Origin: a bacterium
GTDB taxonomy: Bacteria; UBA10199; 2-02-FULL-44-16; JAAZCA01
Direction of reading: 5' to 3'
Assembly: GCA_963674695.2 (NCBI GenBank)
Contig: CAXXGI010000001.1
Coordinates: forward strand, 680,929-744,928
Length of the DNA stretch: 64,000 nt
Notes under the pieces: generated by a model
Seen by the model: the letters and a program-made list of their open reading frames with translations, nothing else
What the model was told of the DNA's origin: nothing
Database searches by the model: none
Made by a program: the position numbers and the translations under genes
Shown: positions 9,962 through 20,101 of the stretch, one piece after another
How positions within the stretch are numbered: position 1 is the stretch's first letter
How the letters are laid out: every line of letters starts with the position of its first letter

Positions 9962-10270
9962 CTAGCTGACGTTGAGCTCCGCATCGAGCCCGGACATCTT
10001 GAAGGTCTTCATGAGATACGGGCTCGTGTTGCAGATCGAGAAGTTCTCGGTGCCGACCTCTTTGGCGGTCTGCAAGCAGATGCGGATGAACGCCGAGGCG
10101 ACATATTCGACGTCGTTCATGTCGAAAACGACCTTGAACGAAGACGACGACATCCCCTCCAGCTTCTCCTGCATACGCTTGGCCACCTCCAGCGAGGTCG
10201 GGCTATCGAGCCGCCCTTCGAAGGCACAGCGGAGCGTGGCGGTCGCATCGTCGAAGGAAAAGTGAATCAT
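9962..10270 (-). CDS. STAS-domain protein (anti-sigma-factor antagonist-like)
   Basis: 102 aa with SpoIIAA-like layout (LRCAFEGRLDSPTS...VVFDMNDVEYVASAFIRICL...FSICNTSPYLMKTFKMSGLD). Last gene of a three-gene operon. Confidence 0.8.
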   Translation of the reverse strand: MIHFSFDDATATLRCAFEGRLDSPTSLEVAKRMQEKLEGMSSSSFKVVFDMNDVEYVASAFIRICLQTAKEVGTENFSICNTSPYLMKTFKMSGLDAELNVS

Positions 10271-10285
10271 AATGTGGTCCTCCCG

Positions 10286-11710
10286 TTAACCTCGATAGGC
10301 GTTGATGATGTCGTCGGCTGAGAGCGTTTCATCCAGCAGCCGATCGTCGGCGATGGCAAGCCAACGCTCGTTCGGCTTCCGATAACACAGCTTCTTGACG
10401 TTGATGAGGTGGCGCGCCGTAATATTTTCCGCCGTGATGTTTTTCCCCCCCGATCCACAGCCGAGCGTGAGCGAGGTGTGCAGCTGATTAAAGACACCGC
10501 CGACGCCCCCCTGTGAGGAGGGGGTGTTCACGACCACGCGTCCGGCGTCCATCAAGCGACCGAATGCGGAAATCTTTTCCTCGTCGGTCGAATAGATACT
10601 CGCCGTATGTCCGATGCCACCGCGGTAGTTGAGCGCGATGCAGTGCTTGAGCGCGTCGTCGAAGTCATCGCACTCGTACCAGGCCAAAATCGGCGCCAGG
10701 ATTTCCCCGGAGAGCGGATCGTCCGCTCCGATCTTCTGCTGCGGTGCCATGAGACAGCGCGTCCCGTCCGGCACCGTGATGCCGGCCAGCTCGGCAACCG
10801 CCGCAACGGAGCGGCCGACGATCTTCGGGCTCATGAGCCCCGTCTCCGGACGAATGACGACGGCCTCGAGCTTTTTCACGGCATCCGGGTCGAGGAAAAA
10901 CGCGCCCTGCTTTTCAAAGGCGCTGCGCGCTTCGTCGGCGATCGCGCGCTCGACGACGATCGCCTGTTCGCTCGCGCAGACGGTTCCATTATCGAACGTC
11001 TTGGACAGCAGGATGTTCTCAACCGCGAAGGGAATGTCCGCCGAGCGCTCGATAAAAACGGGGACATTCCCGGAGCCCACGCCGATGGCGGGCGTGCCGG
11101 AGCTATACGCGGCCTTAACGAGCGAGGGGCCGCCGGTGGCCAGCACGAGCGCCGTGCGCGCATCCGACATGAGCGCATGCGTCAGCTCGCGCGAACTCTC
11201 CGGCACCCACTGGATGCAATCTTCGGGAGCATCCGCGGAGAGCGCCGCCTCATAGCAGATACGAGCCGCTTCGGTGGAACACTTCGGCGCACCGCGATGC
11301 GGCGAAAAGATGATGGGGTTCTGCGACTTGAGCGCAATGAGTGCCTTGAAGATGACGGTCGCGGTCGGGTTCGTCACCGGGATGACCGCGACGATCGGCC
11401 CGAGCGGCTGCGCGATTTCGACGATGCCGCGCTGTTCATCACGGGCGATGACGCCCACGGTCTTCTGATCGCGAATGTCCTCAAAGACGAGTTCGGCCGC
11501 CAGCGTGTTCTTGATGACCTTGTGCTGCCAGATGCCGATCCCCGTCTCCTCCACCGCCATGCGGGCGAGCTTGATGCGCGCATCGAGGGCGGCCCGGCAG
11601 ACGGCTTCGACGATGCGATCCGTCTCCTCCTGATTCAGCTGGGAGAAGATACCGGCCGCGATCGATGCTCGTTCGAGAATTCCGTCTGCGATTTGCTGTG
11701 CGTCACCCAT
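10286..11710 (-). CDS. CoA-acylating aldehyde dehydrogenase (EutE / AdhE-N-terminal type)
   Basis: Catalytic Cys context FDNGTVCASEQAIVV, NAD-binding GGPSLVKAAYSSGTPAIGVGSGN. 1-nt gap to the upstream gene and 15-nt gap to the downstream gene. Confidence 0.85.
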   Translation of the reverse strand: MGDAQQIADGILERASIAAGIFSQLNQEETDRIVEAVCRAALDARIKLARMAVEETGIGIWQHKVIKNTLAAELVFEDIRDQKTVGVIARDEQRGIVEIAQPLGPIVAVIPVTNPTATVIFKALIALKSQNPIIFSPHRGAPKCSTEAARICYEAALSADAPEDCIQWVPESSRELTHALMSDARTALVLATGGPSLVKAAYSSGTPAIGVGSGNVPVFIERSADIPFAVENILLSKTFDNGTVCASEQAIVVERAIADEARSAFEKQGAFFLDPDAVKKLEAVVIRPETGLMSPKIVGRSVAAVAELAGITVPDGTRCLMAPQQKIGADDPLSGEILAPILAWYECDDFDDALKHCIALNYRGGIGHTASIYSTDEEKISAFGRLMDAGRVVVNTPSSQGGVGGVFNQLHTSLTLGCGSGGKNITAENITARHLINVKKLCYRKPNERWLAIADDRLLDETLSADDIINAYRG

Positions 11711-11711
11711 G

Positions 11712-14087
11712 TCACTCCTCCACGCGTTTGATGAGCGTCAGTCGGTTTTCGTTTCCGACGCGCTCATAGTGGATATCGTCCATCACCTGGCGAGCGAAAT
11801 GAATGCCCAGCCCGCCGATCGGCCGATCCTTGGCGCTCTGTTCGAGGTCCGGCGTTTTTGCCTCAAGCGGATTGAAGGGGCGACCGGTATCCGTCACCGC
11901 AATGGAAAGCGTTCCATCCTTGAGCAAAAAATCGATGGCGATCGTCGCCTCCTGCCCCTCTGTATACCCGAACTGAATGGTGTTGGAAACCATCTCTTCG
12001 ACGGCAAGGCACAGATCGTTGCGCACCTCGCGCGACCAGCCGCGGTGTTTTCCCCAGGCCTCTATCTCAACAGCGATCTGCGGAATGTCGTTGAGATCGT
12101 TGCGGAGGATCACGGAGCGGCTTTCCGTGTTCGAGCCGATGGAGGCCCGTGCCGCGCGGCGATCGAAGCGAAAGGCGAGCAAGGCGACATCGTCGGGCTG
12201 ATGCCGGCCCGTCGCAAATTCCCGCACATCGTCGCAGAGCAGGGCGATCAGCTGCTCCGGATCCTTTCCACGCAATCGATCGAGCTCTTGCAGCAGCCGT
12301 TCCTCGGAGTAGATCTCGCCGGCGCGATTGACGATATCGGTGATGCCATCGGTATAGAGCAGCATCGTATCGCCATCGGCGAGCTGAATTTTGCGACGCG
12401 CGTAGGGAGCATCGCTGCGAATGCCAAGCGGGATGCCGACGCTCATCTCGAGCAGCTGTGCCGATGCCTCGCCGTGCAGCAGAATTGGCGGAGGATGACC
12501 CGCGCAGGCGAACTGGAGCATGCCGGAGGCAGTATCAAGGACGGCGCAGAAGACGGTGACGAACATGCCGGTCTGTTGCTTCGCGGTCAGCTCCCGATTG
12601 ACCGCTGCGAGCAGGTCGTCGGGGTGCCGAACCGTTCGCGCCGCCGCCTTGAGCAGCGTGCTCGTGATCGCCATGACGAGCGCGGCGTGCACGCCCTTAT
12701 CGGCGACATCGGCGATGACGAAACAGAGGCGATTCTCGTCCAGGGGAAAGACGTCGTAGAGATCGCCCCCCATCTCTCGGGCAGTCTGGAGAAATCCAGC
12801 GACGTGAACGGAGCGGTACGGTGCGATGGCCTCGAAGTCCTTGGGGATGATCCCCATCTGAATTTCGTGGGCTATCGCCAACTCGCTCGCGATGCGCTCC
12901 CGTTCGGCGGTGGCCCGGGTGAGCTTCGCGATGTAGGCGCGCAACTCGTCGCGCATGTGGTTGAAGGAGCGCGCGAGGCCTTCGACTTCGTCGCCGGAAC
13001 GAATGTGCGGTATCTTCGCATCGAGATTGCCACGGGCAATTTCACGGGCGAGCTGAGAGAGGGAAACGAGCGGTCCGGTGATGCGCTTCGAAACGAACAC
13101 CACCACGATGAAGAGAATCACGAGTCCTGCGATCGCCAGCGAGATGATCACGCGGCGCATCGCGTTGATTTCGGAGAGGATCCGATCCTGTTGAAAGACA
13201 GCGGCCACGGACCAGCCGTCGCTGCTGATCGGCGCGTAGAAGATCCAGGCGCGCTTCCCCGTAATGGGATCGTCGATATAGGCCTCGCCCGCCTGGCTCG
13301 CGGACATCTCTCGGGCGACCCGCGCCAAGGCATCGTCCTGCTGGGTTGCGGCCAAATCCGGCAGCGTCTCTTTCAGCGCAACGCCCTTCTCCGGAAAGGT
13401 GATGATAAGCCCGTCGTTCGAGACGAGCATGGCATAGGCGCCCCACGTGAGCTTCCGCCCGGAGACCATCTTCTGCATCTTCGCGATCGAGATATCCGCG
13501 GCGATCACGCCTTGAAAAATCTCTCGTCCATCGACCGTACGCGAGAAGGGCTGGGCGTATCGCAGGACCGGCGGGTGTTCTCCCGCGGGATCCTGAAGGG
13601 GTTCGCTCACGAAATTGGCGTTTTTTGTTTTCGGAATCTGAAACCAAGCCTTCGAAAGGACGTCAGCCTCCAAATCCTTCGGTGCTCCGAATACGATCTG
13701 ACCATCCTGGCGAGAGCAGGAGATCACGAGGGGGGCAGCAGCCTCCGTCAGGTCGTCGGGGTCGAAGGCGATGATGAGCCGAACGATCTCGGGGTTGTTC
13801 TGCACGACGGCACCGAGCATGGCCTGAATGTTGTCTCGCTCGCCAGGAGCGTTGGTGAGGTAGAACTCGAGCGCCTTCGGCGTCTGCTGCAGATAACTGA
13901 AGGAGTCGTCGATGTCCTCGATGATCGCTTCGACGGTGAATCGACCGATCTGGGAGATGTCCTTGAAGACGATTCGACGGGTGAGCAGGTAGTTGACGAG
14001 GAAGATGGCGACGAAGATGAGCGCCGTGCTCGAAAGAATCGAGACGATCAGCTTGAAGGTCAGACCCCGATTACGCCAGGTGAACAT
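11712..14087 (-). CDS. membrane sensor: Cache-like periplasmic domain, HAMP, PP2C/SpoIIE phosphatase and a C-terminal RsbW-like HATPase domain
   Basis: Start at internal ATG 14087 (GGGGGAGG SD). Two TM helices flank an extracytoplasmic domain of about 280 aa. HAMP (GPLVSLSQLAREIARGNLD...FNHMRDEL). SpoIIE motifs GGDLYDVF, ADVADKGVHAAL, LLYTDGITD. C-terminal EEMVSNTIQFGY...VTDTGRPFNPL. Confidence 0.85.
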   Translation of the reverse strand: MFTWRNRGLTFKLIVSILSSTALIFVAIFLVNYLLTRRIVFKDISQIGRFTVEAIIEDIDDSFSYLQQTPKALEFYLTNAPGERDNIQAMLGAVVQNNPEIVRLIIAFDPDDLTEAAAPLVISCSRQDGQIVFGAPKDLEADVLSKAWFQIPKTKNANFVSEPLQDPAGEHPPVLRYAQPFSRTVDGREIFQGVIAADISIAKMQKMVSGRKLTWGAYAMLVSNDGLIITFPEKGVALKETLPDLAATQQDDALARVAREMSASQAGEAYIDDPITGKRAWIFYAPISSDGWSVAAVFQQDRILSEINAMRRVIISLAIAGLVILFIVVVFVSKRITGPLVSLSQLAREIARGNLDAKIPHIRSGDEVEGLARSFNHMRDELRAYIAKLTRATAERERIASELAIAHEIQMGIIPKDFEAIAPYRSVHVAGFLQTAREMGGDLYDVFPLDENRLCFVIADVADKGVHAALVMAITSTLLKAAARTVRHPDDLLAAVNRELTAKQQTGMFVTVFCAVLDTASGMLQFACAGHPPPILLHGEASAQLLEMSVGIPLGIRSDAPYARRKIQLADGDTMLLYTDGITDIVNRAGEIYSEERLLQELDRLRGKDPEQLIALLCDDVREFATGRHQPDDVALLAFRFDRRAARASIGSNTESRSVILRNDLNDIPQIAVEIEAWGKHRGWSREVRNDLCLAVEEMVSNTIQFGYTEGQEATIAIDFLLKDGTLSIAVTDTGRPFNPLEAKTPDLEQSAKDRPIGGLGIHFARQVMDDIHYERVGNENRLTLIKRVEE

Positions 14088-14239
14088 GCGCCTCCCCCGT
14101 GAGCGGCAAGAGTACCGGGAGAGGGTGCCGACAACAACTGGTTTCTTGAGAGAGCGGCAAACCATGAGATAAACACATCAGACACAGCAAATGACGGCGG
14201 TGGGTGGTGAATGGTTTGATTCGGAAGCATCACCTGCCC

Positions 14240-17200
14240 CTATTCACCTTTGGGAAGGGGTGCGGAGATGATGACGCGGTTGGTGGAATCGCTTGTGTCC
14301 GGATGCCCCATAAGGTGATCGTGACCGGCGCCATCGCGATAGGTGGCCATGTCGTACATTCCGGTATCCATATACAGCGCCTTTTTCACCCCTGCGGCGA
14401 GCGAGAGGCGCACCAGGTCTGCTGTGGTCATGCTCTGACTCGAATCGATCACGCCGAAGCGCCCATCGTCGTATTCGACAAAAAAGCGCCGTGACGTACG
14501 ACCGTCATCGGGAATGAGGTGCACCTCTTCATCGTTGATCAGCAGCATCGTGGACAGCAGGCTCAATCGCTTTTCGCGCAGAATTCCGATGAAGAGCGAT
14601 TTGTCCCGTATATTGGAGAAGGGCTGAAGCGTCGCGCTCAGCACCTCATCAAGAGTTTTCATGTTGGCGCGCTTGCCGTTGAGCCACTTCAAGCACAGCG
14701 ACTTGATGTGCTCGTCTTCCAGATCCGCCTTATCCAGGAGCATGGATAGTTTCACCGCACGTTTATCAAGAATGCGTACCTGCCCATCTCTCCTCACGAG
14801 CAGCAATCCATCCTTCCCATCAGCGGTGAGCAACCAATTCATCTGCTTGCCATCGCGAAACGCAAATTCGGTCAGCTTGCGATTGCCGGTGGTAAAGGTC
14901 ATCGGTGCGGAAAAAACATAGCGATTCCCGAGCTCAGCAATCGCGCCTTCCGTGTCGACCAATCCGTCGCGCTCCACCAGCACACCGACACGGGCGTGCG
15001 CGCGATCGCACTTGATCACCTTCGCAACTTCGAGGGAGCCGCGCATCACGCTCATGACCTCCACGCCCGGACGCGACGGCCACTGCGCAACTTCAAACCG
15101 CACCTGTGAGGCAGCAGCGATCGTGTCGGTCTGGTCGTCGAGCTTTTTCTGCGCCGCACGGGAAAGCGCATATTGCGGATGACTGATGATGCGATTGGCG
15201 AACTTCGCTGCATCACTGGGTCGACGATAAACGGGCAAGTTGCGGGCCTGCAATTCGGCCAACAGATCATCCAAAATAATGCCCTGCAACGCCAGTTCAT
15301 CAGCAAATTGTTGTTCATCCTGTTTGAGCCCTCGGCGAACGCGTTCGGCGATCATGGAATATCCAAACTGTGCATATTGCTGGTAGAGCCCCTGCACATC
15401 TTGCTGGACATAGATGCCATTTGAAAGAGACCATGCACGCGAAAAATTCAACAGCTCACCGATTGACTTGGGATGTTTATGATCGCTTTCGAGATACGAC
15501 GTTCCGATACTGTCGACGACCTCATCGCCCATAACCTTGTTGCGCATATTGATCGAGACGCGCATCGCTTCCAATGCGCCGATGTCCATCATCAATTCGG
15601 AATTACCGCCTTTGAGAAAAATCTCCGCCAGATCGATCTCATAAAAACGGTTGTTCATATATCGCGTCGCCGCGAGGTTTCCGTATTCCTTCATCAGCCG
15701 TACCAACTCCAGATAGTCGCCGAGCGTTCCGAGATCGCCTAAATGTGTCACCGATATCTCTTCCACGTCCAACTGCCCGGCCAACCACATGATCTCCGAT
15801 TCATAGTCGTTTAGCTTTGGCACCTCTTCAAAAACATCAACCAGGTCAGCGCGCAACGACACCGGCGCAAGCACGGGTGCATCATCATGGGCGTCATCGG
15901 CTTTTTGCCGATACGTGTGCGCATCGAGCAATACCTTCAAAAGCGCTGTGACCTCTGAGAGATTGTTTTGGGTCACATCGATGCGACCGGTGCGCACACT
16001 GACCCAGGGCTTGAGTGTCCGAGCAACCGCTCCACGCTTTTGCATTTCCTTCAACAAAATGCGTTCAAAGAGCATCTTTCGAAACTTTGGGCTGACAGCG
16101 TTGGCAAAGGCATAGACCTTCTGAGCCTGGCTGGCGATGGAAAGCCCCTGAAGCTGCTGTGCCGCTTTGTCGAAACGCACCTCCTTGAAGAAAGCTTCCG
16201 ATTCGCTGGCATACTGGCTATCGAGCCCACGAAAGAATGCGGCATAGACTTCACGTTTGGAAAGATCGATATCGCGCAGATCCGCACCGTCGCGCGGATC
16301 CTCGACAAAATCCCTCCAGGTCGTTTCTTCCTCCTTCACGTTAAGCCACCACAGACGAAAAGCAGAGCAGCCAACGAGCTCGAGAAAGGGCAGATAGGGA
16401 ATAAGCTCCACCTTTGCGACCGAAGCATGCGCGACAAAGCGCTTGACGATCGGCGAGTAGGGAACGTTTTGCAGTGCCTTGAGAATTGTTGTCGCGGTTG
16501 CAAGATCGGTGGATGCAAAGACCTCTTCCACGAGTTCTGGGCGCTGCTCGAAGAGCTGACGAGGAATAGCGTCAATGCTCTTCAGGAGCTTTTTCAGGTA
16601 CGCGATGCCAGCACAGTTATCGGATTCTTCCTGCTCGAATATGATGCGCACCAAGCGGGCCACTCGCTTCGGGTCTGCTGCATAGAGCTCATATTCACGC
16701 AGGAGCACCATGAGCATGCGTGCGATCATCTCCTTGCGTTCATCGCCGGCAAGGGTGCGGTCGAGGGAGAACAGGCAATTGGAGATAATGTCGCTTGCAC
16801 TGCGCGTTTCCGGGTCGGCATAGTCCGGATGGTTTTCGCTGTGACGTTCACAGCATGCGCTTTGTCGAGGCAGCATGCCGACGAGTTCGTTTGCGAGCGC
16901 GAGCGCGCTCTCAAGATGTTCGATGTCCGGCGTGACAGTGCCACCTGCGGCCCGACTTCCGAAGAGGATGCCGGAAAGCGTGGCTACGTCGCGGACATCG
17001 TTCATACCATTTGCGAGCGAAAAGAAGATGTCCGCACGACGGCGAAGCTCTTCAGGGCTTCCCTTGGCGCCCCCCAGGTTATAATAGGTGTTATCGCCAA
17101 TGCCCAGCCTCTTGGAAAACGCACTGAGGGAACTATCCTCCGCCCACAACGCGGCACCAAAGCGATCCAGAAGCGCTTCAAAATCCTGCTCATGCCCCGC

Positions 17201-18502
17201 GATCACTGTTGAATGGGGAAAATAGTGCAGCACAAGCGCCCAGTTTTTCGTTCCAAAGAAATCATGATCGATGCTGTCGACGAAATTGGGATTATTCTCC
17301 CAGTGCATCCTGCGCAGGCGATAGATGAGAGGCCGATGCGTAAGATAATTGTCGAGTTCTTCTTCCGTAGTAATGCGTATAAAGCGTGGCTCCTCGAAAA
17401 GCTCCAAAACCTCCTTGGCGGAAAAACTTTCAAAGAAGGCGAGCATCTTTTCCGGTGCCAAATCGATGAGTTCGTGCACATGCGGGGGCACACCCTTCTG
17501 CCACAGCGTCTCGGCAATCAGCAGGGCCTGTTGTTTTTCATCGAACAGAGAAACGTCGGAGATGCGACTCATCCGTACAGGTTCGATCTGTGAATAATCC
17601 TCACACACGCCCCGCTCAACGTCCTGATGCAGCCGAATGATAAAATCGATCTGTTCGCCGGAATACAGCACCCGCTCGGTGAAGGCACGGATCTGCTCAA
17701 CATCATCCATCTTCGCGACTCGGTCGAAGTAAAAGCGCAGCCGCTTCTGAAAAGCTGCTTCATCATCATCCAGTTTCCAATCCCGTATGGCATTGCTTCC
17801 GTTTAATCGTTGTTTCCGAAACCGACACAGCATCATCTCGATGCTTTTTCCACGAGAGCCAGATTCACCCTTCGGACGGGAGAAAAAATCAGCCCCCAAG
17901 CGCTGCATCACGTTGAGGTAATCACCCTGAAAGTGCTGCAACATCCTGTTGCCCGGAACGTGATAGAAGAGGTGTCGCGTCCATTCGTAATCGACATGTC
18001 GTTGGCGAGCAGCTTCGCCATCTGTATCGAATATGCCTTCCTGAACCTGAACCCCTTTGATGAAGCCCTGCTTGGCCCTCTCAAGCAGATCGGTATTATC
18101 CAGGACCGCATCGAGATCGGCGCGCCCTTGAATGCGCAGCTGGCAGAGCTGAAAGATCTCTTCATCGCCGAAGTGGTCGAAGAGTTGCGTAAAGCGTTCC
18201 GGGTGTTGTGTGATGAGCGCACGTAATTTCTGAGAGATGAAATCATAGTTTGATTTAAACAGCTTTTCGATGCGAGCGAGCGTTTGGCGTGCAAGCTGCC
18301 TGCGCTGCGCTTTCGAGAGACGAACAGCGGGCGCATTTTCGAGCGAAGGCATTCTGCATGCAGCAAGCAGCTCGGCACAGGCTTGCCGATCCGGCGAACA
18401 AGCAGGGGCATTGGACTGATCGCACAGCTCGACACAGGCATCCTCCGCATACGGCGAGGGACACCACGGGATCTGCGCACGGTTTTTGACCTCTGATGCC
18501 AT
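14240..18502 (-). CDS. 1420-aa protein of unknown function; C-terminal ~250 aa weakly resemble a phosphodiester-glycosidase (DUF2233-like) fold
   Basis: Single long ORF with host-like composition. I recognised no catalytic motif or signal peptide. The C-terminal pattern RRFFVEYDDGRFGVID...ADLVRLSLAAGVKKALYMDTGMYD only loosely matches DUF2233. Confidence 0.7.
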   Translation of the reverse strand: MASEVKNRAQIPWCPSPYAEDACVELCDQSNAPACSPDRQACAELLAACRMPSLENAPAVRLSKAQRRQLARQTLARIEKLFKSNYDFISQKLRALITQHPERFTQLFDHFGDEEIFQLCQLRIQGRADLDAVLDNTDLLERAKQGFIKGVQVQEGIFDTDGEAARQRHVDYEWTRHLFYHVPGNRMLQHFQGDYLNVMQRLGADFFSRPKGESGSRGKSIEMMLCRFRKQRLNGSNAIRDWKLDDDEAAFQKRLRFYFDRVAKMDDVEQIRAFTERVLYSGEQIDFIIRLHQDVERGVCEDYSQIEPVRMSRISDVSLFDEKQQALLIAETLWQKGVPPHVHELIDLAPEKMLAFFESFSAKEVLELFEEPRFIRITTEEELDNYLTHRPLIYRLRRMHWENNPNFVDSIDHDFFGTKNWALVLHYFPHSTVIAGHEQDFEALLDRFGAALWAEDSSLSAFSKRLGIGDNTYYNLGGAKGSPEELRRRADIFFSLANGMNDVRDVATLSGILFGSRAAGGTVTPDIEHLESALALANELVGMLPRQSACCERHSENHPDYADPETRSASDIISNCLFSLDRTLAGDERKEMIARMLMVLLREYELYAADPKRVARLVRIIFEQEESDNCAGIAYLKKLLKSIDAIPRQLFEQRPELVEEVFASTDLATATTILKALQNVPYSPIVKRFVAHASVAKVELIPYLPFLELVGCSAFRLWWLNVKEEETTWRDFVEDPRDGADLRDIDLSKREVYAAFFRGLDSQYASESEAFFKEVRFDKAAQQLQGLSIASQAQKVYAFANAVSPKFRKMLFERILLKEMQKRGAVARTLKPWVSVRTGRIDVTQNNLSEVTALLKVLLDAHTYRQKADDAHDDAPVLAPVSLRADLVDVFEEVPKLNDYESEIMWLAGQLDVEEISVTHLGDLGTLGDYLELVRLMKEYGNLAATRYMNNRFYEIDLAEIFLKGGNSELMMDIGALEAMRVSINMRNKVMGDEVVDSIGTSYLESDHKHPKSIGELLNFSRAWSLSNGIYVQQDVQGLYQQYAQFGYSMIAERVRRGLKQDEQQFADELALQGIILDDLLAELQARNLPVYRRPSDAAKFANRIISHPQYALSRAAQKKLDDQTDTIAAASQVRFEVAQWPSRPGVEVMSVMRGSLEVAKVIKCDRAHARVGVLVERDGLVDTEGAIAELGNRYVFSAPMTFTTGNRKLTEFAFRDGKQMNWLLTADGKDGLLLVRRDGQVRILDKRAVKLSMLLDKADLEDEHIKSLCLKWLNGKRANMKTLDEVLSATLQPFSNIRDKSLFIGILREKRLSLLSTMLLINDEEVHLIPDDGRTSRRFFVEYDDGRFGVIDSSQSMTTADLVRLSLAAGVKKALYMDTGMYDMATYRDGAGHDHLMGHPDTSDSTNRVIISAPLPKGE

Positions 18503-18736
18503 AGCGATAATCTCTGAGAGTATTATCGGTCGAGATCGCCGAAAGTTGTGTCATTACGTTGTTTTATTTATGAGAAATCGAAGCGTGCAAAATCGCGTAA
18601 CCACTCAATTATGAAGAGGTTATTCACTCTCCCTCCATTTTCATTTCGGGAAAGCGACACTTCATTCATGGCTCGAATGCGTGTAGGCCAAACTCGACAG
18701 GAAATGGATGGCTTCGTCTGATGGGCGGAATAACAA

Positions 18737-18763
18737 AGGGGCCACCATAAAACGGTGACCCCT
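18737..18763 (-). terminator. putative rho-independent terminator of the lipoprotein gene
   Basis: AGGGGCCACC / GGTGACCCCT stem (one mismatch) with a 7-nt loop, followed on the minus strand by TTGTTATT. Confidence 0.45.
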
Positions 18764-18796
18764 TCGTTATTCGTGCCTGATGATTCGGAATGCCAA

Positions 18797-19198
18797 CTAC
18801 TTCACCGAGAAAAGGACCCGCTCCGTCTTCCCACCGTAGACGATGTTCATCAGATAGAGCCCCTTGGCGAGGTCCTTCTTGCTCATGGTCTGATCGAGCT
18901 TGAAATGATCGGTTCCGGAAACCAGGATCACCTCCGCCTTGTCGCCGGCCTTCACCGCACCCGTCTCGGTCGCCGGAAAGATATTGGCGGTGATGCTCTC
19001 CTGTTTGCCCGGCACCTGCACCAGCGCGTCCGGAGCCACCGAGGTAGCAAGCTTGAAGAGGCTCGGCATTGTCCTATCGAGCGTCATGCCTGCAATCTGC
19101 GTCTCGGCAACCGGCGGCAACGGTTTCGAACAGCCAAACCCGACACCAACACTCACAACAATGGCCACGGCGATGAAAGCGATGAGCTGCTTCTTCAT
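18797..19198 (-). CDS. lipoprotein, unknown function
   Basis: Internal ATG at 19198 gives MKKQLIAFIAVAIVVSVGVGFGCSKP (signal peptide plus lipobox). Confidence 0.65.
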   Translation of the reverse strand: MKKQLIAFIAVAIVVSVGVGFGCSKPLPPVAETQIAGMTLDRTMPSLFKLATSVAPDALVQVPGKQESITANIFPATETGAVKAGDKAEVILVSGTDHFKLDQTMSKKDLAKGLYLMNIVYGGKTERVLFSVK

Positions 19199-19392
19199 GG
19201 GACCCCCCTTTGGTGAAATGCACTTTATGCTGCGAAAATAGGAAGAAATCCCCCGAATAGCAAGGGCGATACGTATTCCGTTTGGAAACACCTCGCCTCG
19301 TCCGCTGGAAACTGCCGGAAATACCATTGATTGTCAGCTTTGCATTATATCCGAGCCGGTATAGACTCGCCGAACGAATTGGAGCTGAGGCC

Positions 19393-19755
19393 ATGGAAAA
19401 TGTTGCCGTCGTGGGCGCAAGTCCCAAAGAAGAACGATATTCCCATAAAGCCATTCTTTTTCTTGAAGAAAAGGGGCACAATCCCATACCCGTAAACAAG
19501 AGATACGATGAAATACTCGGGAGGAAAAGCTATCCCCGCATCTCCGATGTCCCTGAAAAAATCGATACCGTGACAATGTACATCGAAGCAGCCAATCAGA
19601 ATGCGATCATCGATGAAATAGTCGTGCTGTTGCCCAACAGGGTCATTTTCAATCCCGGAGCGGAGAATCCGGAGGCCTATGATCGCATCCGGGAGGCGGG
19701 AATTACAGTTACAGAGGCATGCACGCTCGTCCTGCTCAAAACCGATCAATTTTAA
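19393..19755 (+). CDS. CoA-binding domain protein (YccU/YneT family)
   Basis: Internal ATG at 19393. MENVAVVGASPKEERYSHKAI...PIPVN...YPRISDVPEKIDTVTMY is the typical CoA_binding_2 layout. Confidence 0.75.
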   Translation: MENVAVVGASPKEERYSHKAILFLEEKGHNPIPVNKRYDEILGRKSYPRISDVPEKIDTVTMYIEAANQNAIIDEIVVLLPNRVIFNPGAENPEAYDRIREAGITVTEACTLVLLKTDQF

Positions 19756-19930
19756 ATCCCGAGAAGTCGGGAATGACAGAATAGGCTCCCTTCAGGACAC
19801 GATAAACGATTGGGCCACCCCGTCCGGGGCTGCAAAAAAGTTTCGGGATACGCGATGCGAACCAGATACCGAAACCCGATACGTGATATTCTATAACATA
19901 CTGATATATAATGTATAAAAGTGTGCCTGA

Positions 19931-20096
19931 GGTTCGATCGGTTCGGTATTCCTCAAATCATCGGTTGCCGCCATCCGCATCTCTGTTATACTCATATCGA
20001 ACCACAGGGAAGGTTCGATGGGGGATAAATTATTTCAGCTTTAAAACCATACGGTTATGAAGTTTGCTCATAAATGATGGTTCGATAGGTTCGGTA
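19931..20096. promoter_or_regulatory. GGTTCGA-repeat cluster upstream of the Fic gene (candidate operator)
   Basis: GGTTCGATCGGTTCGGTA at 19931-19948, inverted pair TCGAACC...GGTTCGA at 19997-20018 and GGTTCGATAGGTTCGGTA at 20079-20096, directly before ATG 20102. Confidence 0.35.
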
Positions 20097-20101
20097 AATA
20101 C

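Noticed and set aside
11709-14102. Long antisense ORFs in the GC-rich genes, e.g. 11709..14102 (+, 797 aa), 15968..17212 (+), 3238..4383 (+), 799..1788 (-), 10607..11731 (+), 46496..47479 (+), 8516..9367 (-) and 22597..23448 (+).
   Set aside because: Each lies opposite a gene with clear domain content. Their products are Arg/Gly/Asp/His-rich low-complexity sequences typical of shadow ORFs in high-GC DNA.
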